Below, piece by piece: positions 41,233 to 49,978 of a DNA stretch of 64,000 bases (positions within the stretch are counted from its first letter, which is position 1; the number at the start of each line of letters is the position of its first letter). A model generated the notes under the pieces. That model was not told the DNA's origin and did not search any database. It saw only the letters and a program-made list of their open reading frames with translations. Source of the DNA: Holophagales bacterium. Lineage in GTDB: Bacteria > Acidobacteriota > Thermoanaerobaculia > Multivoradales > Multivoraceae. The stretch covers positions 88,705-152,704 of the forward strand of contig VXUF01000054.1 of the NCBI GenBank assembly GCA_009837085.1, given 5' to 3'. The translations under genes were made by a program, and so were the position numbers.

Positions 41233-42335
41233 GTCGCCGCCGTCAACCGCTGCTGAAGGCCCAAACGGCGCCGTTCGCCACCGGAAGCGACCGCGCCGCA
41301 CCAGTCCGGGTGATCCAGGTACCAGCGCACCGTCTCGCGGAGACCCGTTTCGAAGTCGTGTCGCGGCGCCCAAGCCAGGTCTGTCCGCGCCTTCGCGGCG
41401 TCGACCGCATAGCGGAGATCATGGCCCGGCCGGTCTTCCACGAAGGTCACCAGATCACGGTAGCTCCCCACGCCCTTCGCCGCCAGCGCGGGGTTCTCCG
41501 CGGCCGGGAACTCCGCCTCGAGCGCCGAGCAGACCGCCTCCACGACCTCGAGGTTGGTTCTCTCCGCGTCACCGCCGAAGTTGTAGCTGTGGCCCGGCTC
41601 GCCCAGCCGGAGCACGCGGAGCAGCCCTTCACAGTGGTCGTCCACATGAAGCCAGTCGCGGACATTGGCACCCTCGCCGTACACCGGAAGCGGCAGTCCG
41701 GACGCGGCGTTCAGGATCATCACGGGGATCAGTTTCTCGGGAAACTGGTACGGGCCGTAGTTGTTCGAGCAGTTGGTCACGATCGCCGGCAAGCCGTACG
41801 TACGACCCCAGGCGCGCACCAGATGATCGGCCGCCGCCTTGGAGGCCGAGTAGGGCGAGCTGGGGTCGTACGCCGTGTCCTCGCGGAACCGCCCTGACTC
41901 GCCGAGGCTTCCGAACACCTCGTCGGTCGAGACGTGGATGAACCGAAAGCCTGCCCGTTCCCGTTCCGACCGGCGGCCGAGATCGAGTCGGGCCGCCTCG
42001 AGGAGCTCGAACGTGCCGAGAATGTTCGTCCGAACAAAGGCTCCGGGGCCGTCGATCGAGCGGTCCACGTGGCTTTCGGCCGCCAGGTTCAGGACGGCCG
42101 ACGGCCGGTGCTCGGCGAACGCCTTGCGCACCGCTTCACGGTCCTCGATGTCCCCGAGCACGAAGGTGTAGCGGGGGTCGTCGGCCACTCGCTCCAGGTT
42201 GCTCAGGCTGCCGGCGTAGGTCAGCTTGTCGAACACCACGACCCGCCGGTCCGCACCGCGGGCGTCAGCGAGCGCGGCGGCCGCGAGGTTGCTGCCGATG
42301 AAACCGGCGCCGCCGGTAACGAGGAGGGTCTCCAT
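41229..42335 (-). CDS. rfbB: dTDP-glucose 4,6-dehydratase
   Basis: SDR extended family ([10 protein letters not shown]...YSASKAAAD). Confidence 0.92.
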   Translation of the reverse strand: METLLVTGGAGFIGSNLAAAALADARGADRRVVVFDKLTYAGSLSNLERVADDPRYTFVLGDIEDREAVRKAFAEHRPSAVLNLAAESHVDRSIDGPGAFVRTNILGTFELLEAARLDLGRRSERERAGFRFIHVSTDEVFGSLGESGRFREDTAYDPSSPYSASKAAADHLVRAWGRTYGLPAIVTNCSNNYGPYQFPEKLIPVMILNAASGLPLPVYGEGANVRDWLHVDDHCEGLLRVLRLGEPGHSYNFGGDAERTNLEVVEAVCSALEAEFPAAENPALAAKGVGSYRDLVTFVEDRPGHDLRYAVDAAKARTDLAWAPRHDFETGLRETVRWYLDHPDWCGAVASGGERRRLGLQQRLTAAT

Positions 42336-42341
42336 GGGTTG

Positions 42342-43364
42342 CTAGGCAGCTGGCGCTTCCGGCAAGACGGCCGCCGCCGCCGCCAGGACCTTGCGGTGCA
42401 GCAGGCCGTTGGTGGCCACAACGCCCCGATTCGTTTCCAGGGTCCGCCCCAGACTGAAGTCGAGCTCCCGGCCGAAGGCGTCCGTCACCGCCCCGCCGGC
42501 TTCCGTCACGACGATGAACCCCGCGGCGTGATCCCAGATCTTCTCGCGATAGGTGGCGGAAGACGGCAGGCGAAGATAAATCGAAGCGTCGCCCCGCGCA
42601 ATCGCCCCGTACTTGCACTGGCTGTCCATTCGCACAGGAGCCGCCGTCACGCCCAGGCGCTCGGCTATCCCGGCGTGACCGCCCCGGTCCGAGTGCATGG
42701 ACACCGCCGACTCACAGAAGACGGCTTCCCTCGGCTCGGCAACCGAGGACACGCCAATCCGACGGGGCGCCGGCCCGTCCTCGTCCAGTGGCAATTCCCA
42801 GGCGCCCCGTCCGTGGACCGCTGCGAAGAGGCAACCTCGACCCGCCGCGGAGGGCAGATTCGGACAGCCGAGCACTCCTCCCACGACCTCGCCGTCCTCC
42901 ATCAGGCCGAGTGCGATCGCGTACTGGTCTCCGCGCAGGAACCCCTTCGTACCGTCGATCGGATCGAGCACCCAGAACCTGCCGCTCGCGCCGCCGGTGC
43001 TCGAACAGCGATCGATCGCGTCGCCAACCTCGTTCACGGCGACGCCCGGAAGCTCGGACTCGACAACGTCCGCGACCCTGGCCATGACTTCCCGCCCCTC
43101 GGGGGTCAGAAGGTCCGGCGACGTCTCCTCGCCGACGATGGCGTCTTCCGGTGGCAGCACACGGCTGACCAGGGCTTGCGCCGCGTAGTCCGCGACCGTC
43201 ACCGGCGAACGGTCGTCCTTGGTCAGGAAGGCGCCCCCAAGGACCGCCTGCAGACGTCGGGTAGCCCGGCTCGCGATGCGCACCGCGCAAACCGCGTCCG
43301 TCAGTTCTGCGTAGTTCGTCGAGTCCGGATCAAAGCACACCGCGGCAATGATATGGGCAGCCAC
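42342..43364 (-). CDS. cysQ: 3'(2'),5'-bisphosphate nucleotidase / inositol monophosphatase family
   Basis: IMPase motifs (KDDRSPVTVAD, WVLDPIDGTKGF, GGVATNG-like C-terminus). Confidence 0.8.
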   Translation of the reverse strand: MAAHIIAAVCFDPDSTNYAELTDAVCAVRIASRATRRLQAVLGGAFLTKDDRSPVTVADYAAQALVSRVLPPEDAIVGEETSPDLLTPEGREVMARVADVVESELPGVAVNEVGDAIDRCSSTGGASGRFWVLDPIDGTKGFLRGDQYAIALGLMEDGEVVGGVLGCPNLPSAAGRGCLFAAVHGRGAWELPLDEDGPAPRRIGVSSVAEPREAVFCESAVSMHSDRGGHAGIAERLGVTAAPVRMDSQCKYGAIARGDASIYLRLPSSATYREKIWDHAAGFIVVTEAGGAVTDAFGRELDFSLGRTLETNRGVVATNGLLHRKVLAAAAAVLPEAPAA

Positions 43365-43385
43365 CCCTCATGCCACACTGAGCCC

Positions 43386-43967
43386 ATGCCCCACGGACCG
43401 AAGGACGAAGCCGCCCTGGTGGCGGAGGCGATCGAAGGTTCGGAACTCGCCTTCCGGACGCTGGTCGAGCGCTACCAGCGACCCGTCTTCAGCCTGGTCC
43501 TGCGCATGGTTCGGGACCGCGGCATAGCCGAAGACGTGACCCAGGAGGTCTTCGTCAAGGCCTGGATGGCGCTCTCCCGCTACGACCCGAGGCGGCGTTT
43601 CGCCAGCTGGCTGTTCAAGATCGCGAGCAACGCGGCAATCGATCAGCTTCGCCGGAAGAAGCTCCCCACCACGCCAATCGAGACGAGCGAGCCGGACCAG
43701 TCGTCCATCCTGGACCGCATCGAGGACGAGCGATCGGAGTCTCCCGACACGCTGGTCAAGCGGCGCGAACTGTCGTCCGCTCTCGAAGCAGCGGTGGCCG
43801 CGCTCCGGCCGGAGTATCGGATCGTTGTTCTGCTCCGGTTCCGGGAAGAACTCCCCTACCGGGACATCGCGGAGGCGACCGGCATGCCGCTAGGAACCGT
43901 GAAGACGAATCTGCGCAGGGCGCGCCGCGAGATAGAAGAACGCCTGCGCAAGGATGGCGTAGTGTGA
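43386..43967 (+). CDS. ECF-family RNA polymerase sigma factor
   Basis: Regions 2 and 4 (FRTLVERYQRPVFSLVLRMV...DVTQEVFVKAW; YRIVVLLRFREELPYRDIAEATGMPLGTVKTNL). Confidence 0.92.
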   Translation: MPHGPKDEAALVAEAIEGSELAFRTLVERYQRPVFSLVLRMVRDRGIAEDVTQEVFVKAWMALSRYDPRRRFASWLFKIASNAAIDQLRRKKLPTTPIETSEPDQSSILDRIEDERSESPDTLVKRRELSSALEAAVAALRPEYRIVVLLRFREELPYRDIAEATGMPLGTVKTNLRRARREIEERLRKDGVV

Positions 43968-43989
43968 AGCACGGTGGATCGGGAACCAG

Positions 43990-44020
43990 CGTGAAACCAC
44001 GGCGACCTGGGAAACGTAGG
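43990..44020 (+). promoter_or_regulatory. ECF-type promoter-like motif (TGAAAC-N17-CGTA, with an overlapping GGAAC-N16-CGAC) upstream of the anti-sigma gene
   Basis: Read from the 108-nt sigma/anti-sigma intergenic spacer. Resembles AAC...CGT ECF promoters. Confidence 0.3.
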
Positions 44021-44075
44021 GCGAAGGGCATGCGGAACGTCGCGCCCGAGTCGCCGTCGTAGAATCGCACACGCC

Positions 44076-45938
44076 GTGAGGAAAGAGATGCGGAACCGAA
44101 TTGACCTCCGGACCCTCTTCAAGTCGCTGGAAGATCCCACAGTACCGGCGGGACTGACGGACCGCATCATGCGGCAGGTGGCCGCGACCGGCCGACCGGC
44201 AACGACACCGGCCCCCTCGCCGATCCTGCCTTTCGAGATTCCCCACTGGGCGCGGCTGCCGCTGGCTGTCTCGGCCGCGGCGATGATCCTCCTGCTCACC
44301 GGTGCGGCCTGGTTGGTTCCCTCGTCATGGCTGGGCCTGCTCGATGGTCTTCAGGCCTCGCTGTTCGCCGCCGTCTGGCTCCTGACCCAGTCCGCCGCCG
44401 TGCTGGCGGAAAGCGTGGTCTTCCTGAACGGAGCGGTCCGGGTCGGGGAAGCGCTCGACCTGGTCCTCAACACACCAGCGGCGACGATAGCGATCGCCCT
44501 GGTCACGCTTCTCTGTCTGACGGGAGTCCATCTCCTTCATCGGTTGTCGCGGGCGCCCGTCCACCGGCCACGGGGTCGAGGGTTCAGAGCGGGCGCTCTG
44601 CTCCTCGCCTTCGGGCTGTGCTGCACGGGTGTGGCCTTCGGCCAGCCTCAGCAGGAGTCGGAAGCTCAGGAGGAAGCGCGGGAAGAGGCCGGCGACGTGA
44701 TCGAGGACGCCCGCGAGCGGCTCGATGAAGCCCTCGAGGAGGCCGGGGAACGCGCGCAGGGCGCGGTCGAGGATGCGCTCGAGCGCATCGAGGATCTCGA
44801 ACGCGACCTGGCCGAGGTCGAAGACGCTGCCGGCGAGAGCGGGCCGGCGTTGCGCGTCGACCTCGACAACAAGGTGGCCTTCGGCAGCACCGTACGGGTC
44901 GGTCGCGACGAAGTGGCCTACGACGTCACCTCGATCGGCGGCGGCATCAAGGTGGACGGAGAAGTGCGGGGAGACGCCGTGGCGATCGGCGGCGAAGCGA
45001 AGATCGACGGTCGCGTAACCGGCGAGGTGGTGGCCATCGGCGGAGAGGTCGAGCTCGGCCCGGGAGCGGAGGTGCTGGGAGACATCGTCACCGTTGGAGG
45101 CAGAGTCAGCCGCGAAGAAGGCGCAACGGTGCTCGGAGAGATTTCCGAGGTCGATTGGGGCGACTTCGAGTGGGACTGGGACGGCGACTGGTTCGACGGC
45201 TGGCGCGGCGACTGGTTCCCCAATGTCGGCGAAAGGCCGCCCTTCTTCCGGGTGGGCAAGGTGTTCGAGTTCGTTCGGGCGATCATTTTCACCGGACTGC
45301 TCATCGTGCTCAGCGGCCTGGTTCTGCTCGTTTCGCCCAAGGGCGTGGACCGGGTCCGCTCCGCTGCGGTGTCGGATCCGCTGATCATGCTCGTGGTCGG
45401 CTTCGGCATCGAACTGCTCATCCTTCCGGCCCTGATCGTCGCCAGCATCCTGCTCGCGGTAACCGTGATCGGCATTCCGTTCGCCATTCTCCTGTGGCCC
45501 GCGGCGCTGGTTGCACTGGCGCTCGCCCTGGTGCTCGGCTACACCGGAGCGGCGGCAGCAGCAGGCGACTGGCTCCGGAACCGCTTCAGGGGCGCCAGCG
45601 GTGTCGCGGCCGGGAGCTTTGGCGCCCTCGCCCTCGGCGTGCTCACCATCCAGGCCCTGGCCCTCGTGGCCGACCTGCTTGGCTTCCTCGGCCTGCCGTG
45701 GTTCTTCCGTTTCATGTTCGGCTTCCCGGGCCTCGTCATCTGTTACCTGGCGTGGACGATCGGCCTCGGCGCCGCCTGCATGACCGCCTTCGGTACGTCT
45801 CGATTCGGCGCGAAGGCGGCGCAAACCGAGCCGCCAACGCCTCCACCGGCGAGTGACGAAATCGACGCACCGGAGTCTCCGGGCGGCGACGACCCGACAC
45901 CGACCGTCCCCGAACCCCCGGACGAGCAGAAGGAGTAG
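44076..45938 (+). CDS. Membrane anti-sigma-factor-like protein with acidic coiled-coil, beta-helical (bactofilin/DUF4097-like) repeats, a Trp-rich segment and a C-terminal polytopic domain
   Basis: N-terminus MRKEMRNRIDLRTLFKSLEDP (anti-sigma-like). TM segments. An EEAxEEAG acidic helix. Repeats GDAVAIGGEAKIDGRVTGEVVAIGGEVELGPGAEVLGDIVTVGG. WDWDGDW segment. At least 5 C-terminal TM segments. Confidence 0.6.
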   Translation: MRKEMRNRIDLRTLFKSLEDPTVPAGLTDRIMRQVAATGRPATTPAPSPILPFEIPHWARLPLAVSAAAMILLLTGAAWLVPSSWLGLLDGLQASLFAAVWLLTQSAAVLAESVVFLNGAVRVGEALDLVLNTPAATIAIALVTLLCLTGVHLLHRLSRAPVHRPRGRGFRAGALLLAFGLCCTGVAFGQPQQESEAQEEAREEAGDVIEDARERLDEALEEAGERAQGAVEDALERIEDLERDLAEVEDAAGESGPALRVDLDNKVAFGSTVRVGRDEVAYDVTSIGGGIKVDGEVRGDAVAIGGEAKIDGRVTGEVVAIGGEVELGPGAEVLGDIVTVGGRVSREEGATVLGEISEVDWGDFEWDWDGDWFDGWRGDWFPNVGERPPFFRVGKVFEFVRAIIFTGLLIVLSGLVLLVSPKGVDRVRSAAVSDPLIMLVVGFGIELLILPALIVASILLAVTVIGIPFAILLWPAALVALALALVLGYTGAAAAAGDWLRNRFRGASGVAAGSFGALALGVLTIQALALVADLLGFLGLPWFFRFMFGFPGLVICYLAWTIGLGAACMTAFGTSRFGAKAAQTEPPTPPPASDEIDAPESPGGDDPTPTVPEPPDEQKE

Positions 45939-45962
45939 CCCTCCTCGTAGTAGGCTGCCGGC

Positions 45963-48203
45963 ATGCCGGGCCGCGGCCTCGCAGCGACCGCAGTGCTCGC
46001 AGCGTTTCTCGCTGCCGCCGCCGGACCCGCAAGGGGCGTCAACGACTTCGCGGATTCCTGCCGCGCACTGCAGTCCGGCTCGAACCCGTACTTCGGGACC
46101 GGCATCGTAAGCGCGCTGGAGGCCGAGCTGTCCTCGACCCCTGGAAGCGCCGCCATTCGCCTACGACTCGGCCGTGAGCTGCTGCGACTCGGCGACACGA
46201 TGGGCGCGATCGAGCACCTGTCCGCCGCGACCGGGACGTTGAAGGCATCGTCAACGTCGGATCCGACCGCGATCCTGTCTGCCGAGTGGAGCCTGGCCCT
46301 CGCGCACCTGCAGCGGGCTGAGGATCTGAACTGCATCCACCACGGCGCCGGAGACTCCTCACCCCGGATCTCACGGTCGGCCGACAGTTGCATCCTTCCG
46401 CTGGCATCATCGGCGGTTCATGCTCGCCCGGAACACGCCCGCGCTGCCGGCGACCACTTCCTGGCGATCCTCCGCGGCGGATCGAGCGGATCCCGGCAGG
46501 TGCGCGCCCGTTGGCTTCTGAACCTGGCTCGAAGATTGTCCGGCGACTTCCCGGACGGCGTACCCACCGAGCACCGGATAGACGAAGACGTCTTCACCAC
46601 GACCGGCTCGTACGCGGGCGGTCGCTGGCGGAACCTGGGACCTGAGCTGGGGGTCGACGTGCTCGACCTCGCAGGGGGTGCGGTGGTCGACGACTTCGAC
46701 CGCGATGGCCTGCTCGACCTGATCACGTCGAGCTGGGACCCTTGCGGTCCCCTCCGGGCTTTCCGGAACGACGGCAGCGGCGGCTTCGAGGACACAAGCG
46801 TGGCCTGGGGTCTCGACCAGCAGACGGGCGGTCTGAACCTGGTTCACGCCGACTACGACGGCGACGGACGGCTCGACCTCTTCGTACTACGCGGCGCCTG
46901 GCTGCTTGAGGACGGTCGCATCCGGAACTCGCTGCTGCGCAACGAACTCGACGGCGATCAGGGGCGCTTCGTCGATGTCTCTGAAGTCGCGGGACTGGCG
47001 GATCCCGCCTACCCGACCCAGACTGCCGCCTGGGGCGACTACGACGGAGACGGCGACCTCGACCTCTACGTCGGCAACGAAGCAACCGAGGCGCACGACT
47101 ACCCGTCCCAGCTCTTCCGCAACCGCGGCGACGGCACATTCGAGGACGTCGCCGCCTCGGCCGGCGTAACCAACCTGCGCTACGCCAAGGGCGTCGCCTG
47201 GGGCGACGTGGACAACGATGGCGACCTCGACCTCTACGTCTCCAATTTCGGTTCCAACCGTTTGTATGTGAACACGGACGGCAGTTTCGTCGACGCCGCC
47301 GTGCGGGTCGGCGTCACCGAACCGGAGCGGGAGAGCTTCGCCTCCTGGTTCTTCGACTACGACCACGACGGCGACCTCGATCTCTACGTCGGCGACTACC
47401 GGCCACAGGCAGCCGAGGTCATGGCTTCCTTCTCCGGCTCCCAACCCGCACGCGGTCAGCCGCTCCTGTATCGCAACGACTGCGGCCCCGAGCCTGGCTG
47501 CGGCGGCCGCCTGCGGATGACCGAGGTCTCCCGAGAACTGGGTATCCGGCGACCGGCGATGCCGATGGGAGCGAACTACGGCGACCTGGACAACGACGGC
47601 TGGATCGACTTCTACCTGGGCACCGGAGAACCGGACCTCGCGAGCCTGATGCCCAACGTCATGTACCGATATGACGGCAGGCGGTTCGAAGAGGTCACGT
47701 TCGCCGGAGGCTTCGGACACCTCCAGAAAGGGCACGGCGTCGGGTTCGGCGATCTGGACGGAGACGGAGACATGGACCTTCTCCACCAGCTCGGCGGCTT
47801 CTACCCCACCGACACGTTCGGCAACGCCCTGTTCGAGAATCCAGGCAACGGCAACGCCTGGGTCACGCTGCGTTTCACCGGAGCCGGAGCGGCCACCGGG
47901 GGCGCCAACCGGTTCGGCATCGGCTCGCGGGTTGCTATCGCCGTCGACCGCCCGAACGCGACCCGGCGCACGATCCACCGCCTGGTCGGCTCGGGTGGCT
48001 CCTTCGGCGGCAACAGCCTGCAGCTCGAAGTCGGACTCGGGGACGCGACCCGGATCCTCGAGATCCACGTGCGCTGGGCTGGCAGCGGCACGGAGCAGCG
48101 GTTCCTCGATATCGAGCCCCGGACGGTCTATGAGGTGATCGAGGGCGCGGAGACGCTTCAGACCGTCGCGACCCCGACCTTCAGGTTGCGAGGTTCGCGA
48201 TGA
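45963..48203 (+). CDS. CRTAC1-family secreted protein (FG-GAP/VCBS repeats + ASPIC/UnbV domain)
   Basis: Signal peptide. At least 7 DxDGDGxxDL repeats. C-terminal UnbV_ASPIC block (NAWVTLRFTG...GSRV...). Confidence 0.85.
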   Translation: MPGRGLAATAVLAAFLAAAAGPARGVNDFADSCRALQSGSNPYFGTGIVSALEAELSSTPGSAAIRLRLGRELLRLGDTMGAIEHLSAATGTLKASSTSDPTAILSAEWSLALAHLQRAEDLNCIHHGAGDSSPRISRSADSCILPLASSAVHARPEHARAAGDHFLAILRGGSSGSRQVRARWLLNLARRLSGDFPDGVPTEHRIDEDVFTTTGSYAGGRWRNLGPELGVDVLDLAGGAVVDDFDRDGLLDLITSSWDPCGPLRAFRNDGSGGFEDTSVAWGLDQQTGGLNLVHADYDGDGRLDLFVLRGAWLLEDGRIRNSLLRNELDGDQGRFVDVSEVAGLADPAYPTQTAAWGDYDGDGDLDLYVGNEATEAHDYPSQLFRNRGDGTFEDVAASAGVTNLRYAKGVAWGDVDNDGDLDLYVSNFGSNRLYVNTDGSFVDAAVRVGVTEPERESFASWFFDYDHDGDLDLYVGDYRPQAAEVMASFSGSQPARGQPLLYRNDCGPEPGCGGRLRMTEVSRELGIRRPAMPMGANYGDLDNDGWIDFYLGTGEPDLASLMPNVMYRYDGRRFEEVTFAGGFGHLQKGHGVGFGDLDGDGDMDLLHQLGGFYPTDTFGNALFENPGNGNAWVTLRFTGAGAATGGANRFGIGSRVAIAVDRPNATRRTIHRLVGSGGSFGGNSLQLEVGLGDATRILEIHVRWAGSGTEQRFLDIEPRTVYEVIEGAETLQTVATPTFRLRGSR

Positions 48204-49978
48204 GATCGAGCTGCACAGGCCTCGCGCTGGCCAGTCTGGCCACGTTCTCTCCCATCACCGTCCTCGGGAGCGCAGACGAAGTCCTTTTCACCGACGCCAC
48301 GAAGAGCGCCGGTCTCGACTTCGAGCACTGGAACGGCATGAGCGGGCATCTCTACTACCCCGAGGTGGTCGGCGCCGGCGCGGCGCTCTTCGACTACGAC
48401 AACGACGGCGACCTCGACCTCTACCTGGTCCAGGGCAACCTCCTCGGCAACGAAGCAGATCGAAGCTCCGCGACGAAGGCGTGGACGGGCGACTGGCCAC
48501 CCCGGGACCGCCTGTACCGCAACGACCTGGACTTACGCGACGACCGCGCCACGGTCCGCTTCGTCGACGTCACCGAGGAGAGCGGCATCGCGGCCACGGG
48601 CTACGGCATGGGAGTGGTCGCGGCGGATCTCGACAACGACGGCTGGGTGGACCTCTATGTCCTCAACCTGGGGGCCAACCAGCTCTGGCGCAACGAGGGC
48701 GACGGAACGTTCAGCGACCGCACCGAAGCGAGCGGTACGGGCGATCCCCGCTGGAGCGTCGCCGCGGCGGCCGCCGACTATGACGGCGACCTCGATCTCG
48801 ACCTGTTCATCGTGAACTACCTCGACTTTTCCCTCGCCTCGCACAAGACCTGTCTGACCGAGCGAGGAGAGGTTGACTACTGTCTGCCTAGCGCCTATCA
48901 GCCGGCACCCGACGGTCTGCTCGTGAACGACGGCTCCGGACGGTTCGAGGATGCGACCGTGAGGGCTGGCTTGACCACGGCGCGGCCGGGCAACGGGCTG
49001 GGCATTCTCGCGGCCGACCTCGACGGCGACCAGCGACTCGACTTCTACATCGCCAACGATCTGATGCCGAATCACCTCTGGCTCAACGGGGGCAACGGCC
49101 AACTGGTCGAGGAGGGGCTGATCAGCGGCGCGGCTCTCAACGCGGACGGCGAGGCCGAGGCGAGCATGGGCGTCGCGGCCGGCGACTACGACGGAGACGG
49201 CGACCTCGACCTGTTCCTGACCCATTTCCACCGCGAGACGAACACGCTCTACCGGAACGACTCGAAACGGGGCGCGGTCCAGTTCCGGGACCGCACGAAC
49301 GCGACCGGTCTCGGCCGGCCGAGCTGGGACGCAACGTCCTTCGGCACTGCCTTCGTCGACCTCGACAAAGACGGCTGGCTCGACCTCGCGGCGGTCAACG
49401 GAGCCGTCACGTTCGCCGCCGGAAGACCGCGCACGGAGGACGATCCGTTCCCCCTCGATCAACCAAACCAGGCCTTTCTGAACGTGACCGCAGGCGGCGA
49501 CGGGCGGCAGTTCGAACCGGCACCCGCCGGGTTGCTCGACGCGGAGACGCCGTTCGTCAGTCGCGGCCTGGCCACCGGAGACGTGGACAACGACGGCGAC
49601 ACGGACCTTGTCATCACGAACAACAACGGCCCCGCCCGGCTGCTACTCAACCGGACCGACAGGGACGCCGACTGGTTCGGCGTGGCGCCACTGCTGGACG
49701 CGAGCCGCGGTCACCGACCAGCATCCGGCGTCACCGTGCGCGTGCACCGAACGGGAGCACCGCCGCTGGTCCGACTTGCCGGGGGCGGCGGGAGTTACGC
49801 CTCCTGGGGAGATCCCCGGGTCGCGATCCCATCGGGCGGCCCCGGAATCGACCGCATCGAGGTCCAGTGGGCGGACGGGACGATCGAGGAGTGGCCCGCG
49901 CCGCCACCCAGGGCCTACACTCCCCTGGTTCGCGGCACCGGCGAACGGCGCGACGAGCGGGAAGAGGACGCACCATGA
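48200..49978 (+). CDS. CRTAC1-family secreted protein (FG-GAP repeats + ASPIC/UnbV), paralog
   Basis: Same architecture. 4-nt overlap with the upstream paralog. Confidence 0.85.
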   Translation: MRSSCTGLALASLATFSPITVLGSADEVLFTDATKSAGLDFEHWNGMSGHLYYPEVVGAGAALFDYDNDGDLDLYLVQGNLLGNEADRSSATKAWTGDWPPRDRLYRNDLDLRDDRATVRFVDVTEESGIAATGYGMGVVAADLDNDGWVDLYVLNLGANQLWRNEGDGTFSDRTEASGTGDPRWSVAAAAADYDGDLDLDLFIVNYLDFSLASHKTCLTERGEVDYCLPSAYQPAPDGLLVNDGSGRFEDATVRAGLTTARPGNGLGILAADLDGDQRLDFYIANDLMPNHLWLNGGNGQLVEEGLISGAALNADGEAEASMGVAAGDYDGDGDLDLFLTHFHRETNTLYRNDSKRGAVQFRDRTNATGLGRPSWDATSFGTAFVDLDKDGWLDLAAVNGAVTFAAGRPRTEDDPFPLDQPNQAFLNVTAGGDGRQFEPAPAGLLDAETPFVSRGLATGDVDNDGDTDLVITNNNGPARLLLNRTDRDADWFGVAPLLDASRGHRPASGVTVRVHRTGAPPLVRLAGGGGSYASWGDPRVAIPSGGPGIDRIEVQWADGTIEEWPAPPPRAYTPLVRGTGERRDEREEDAP

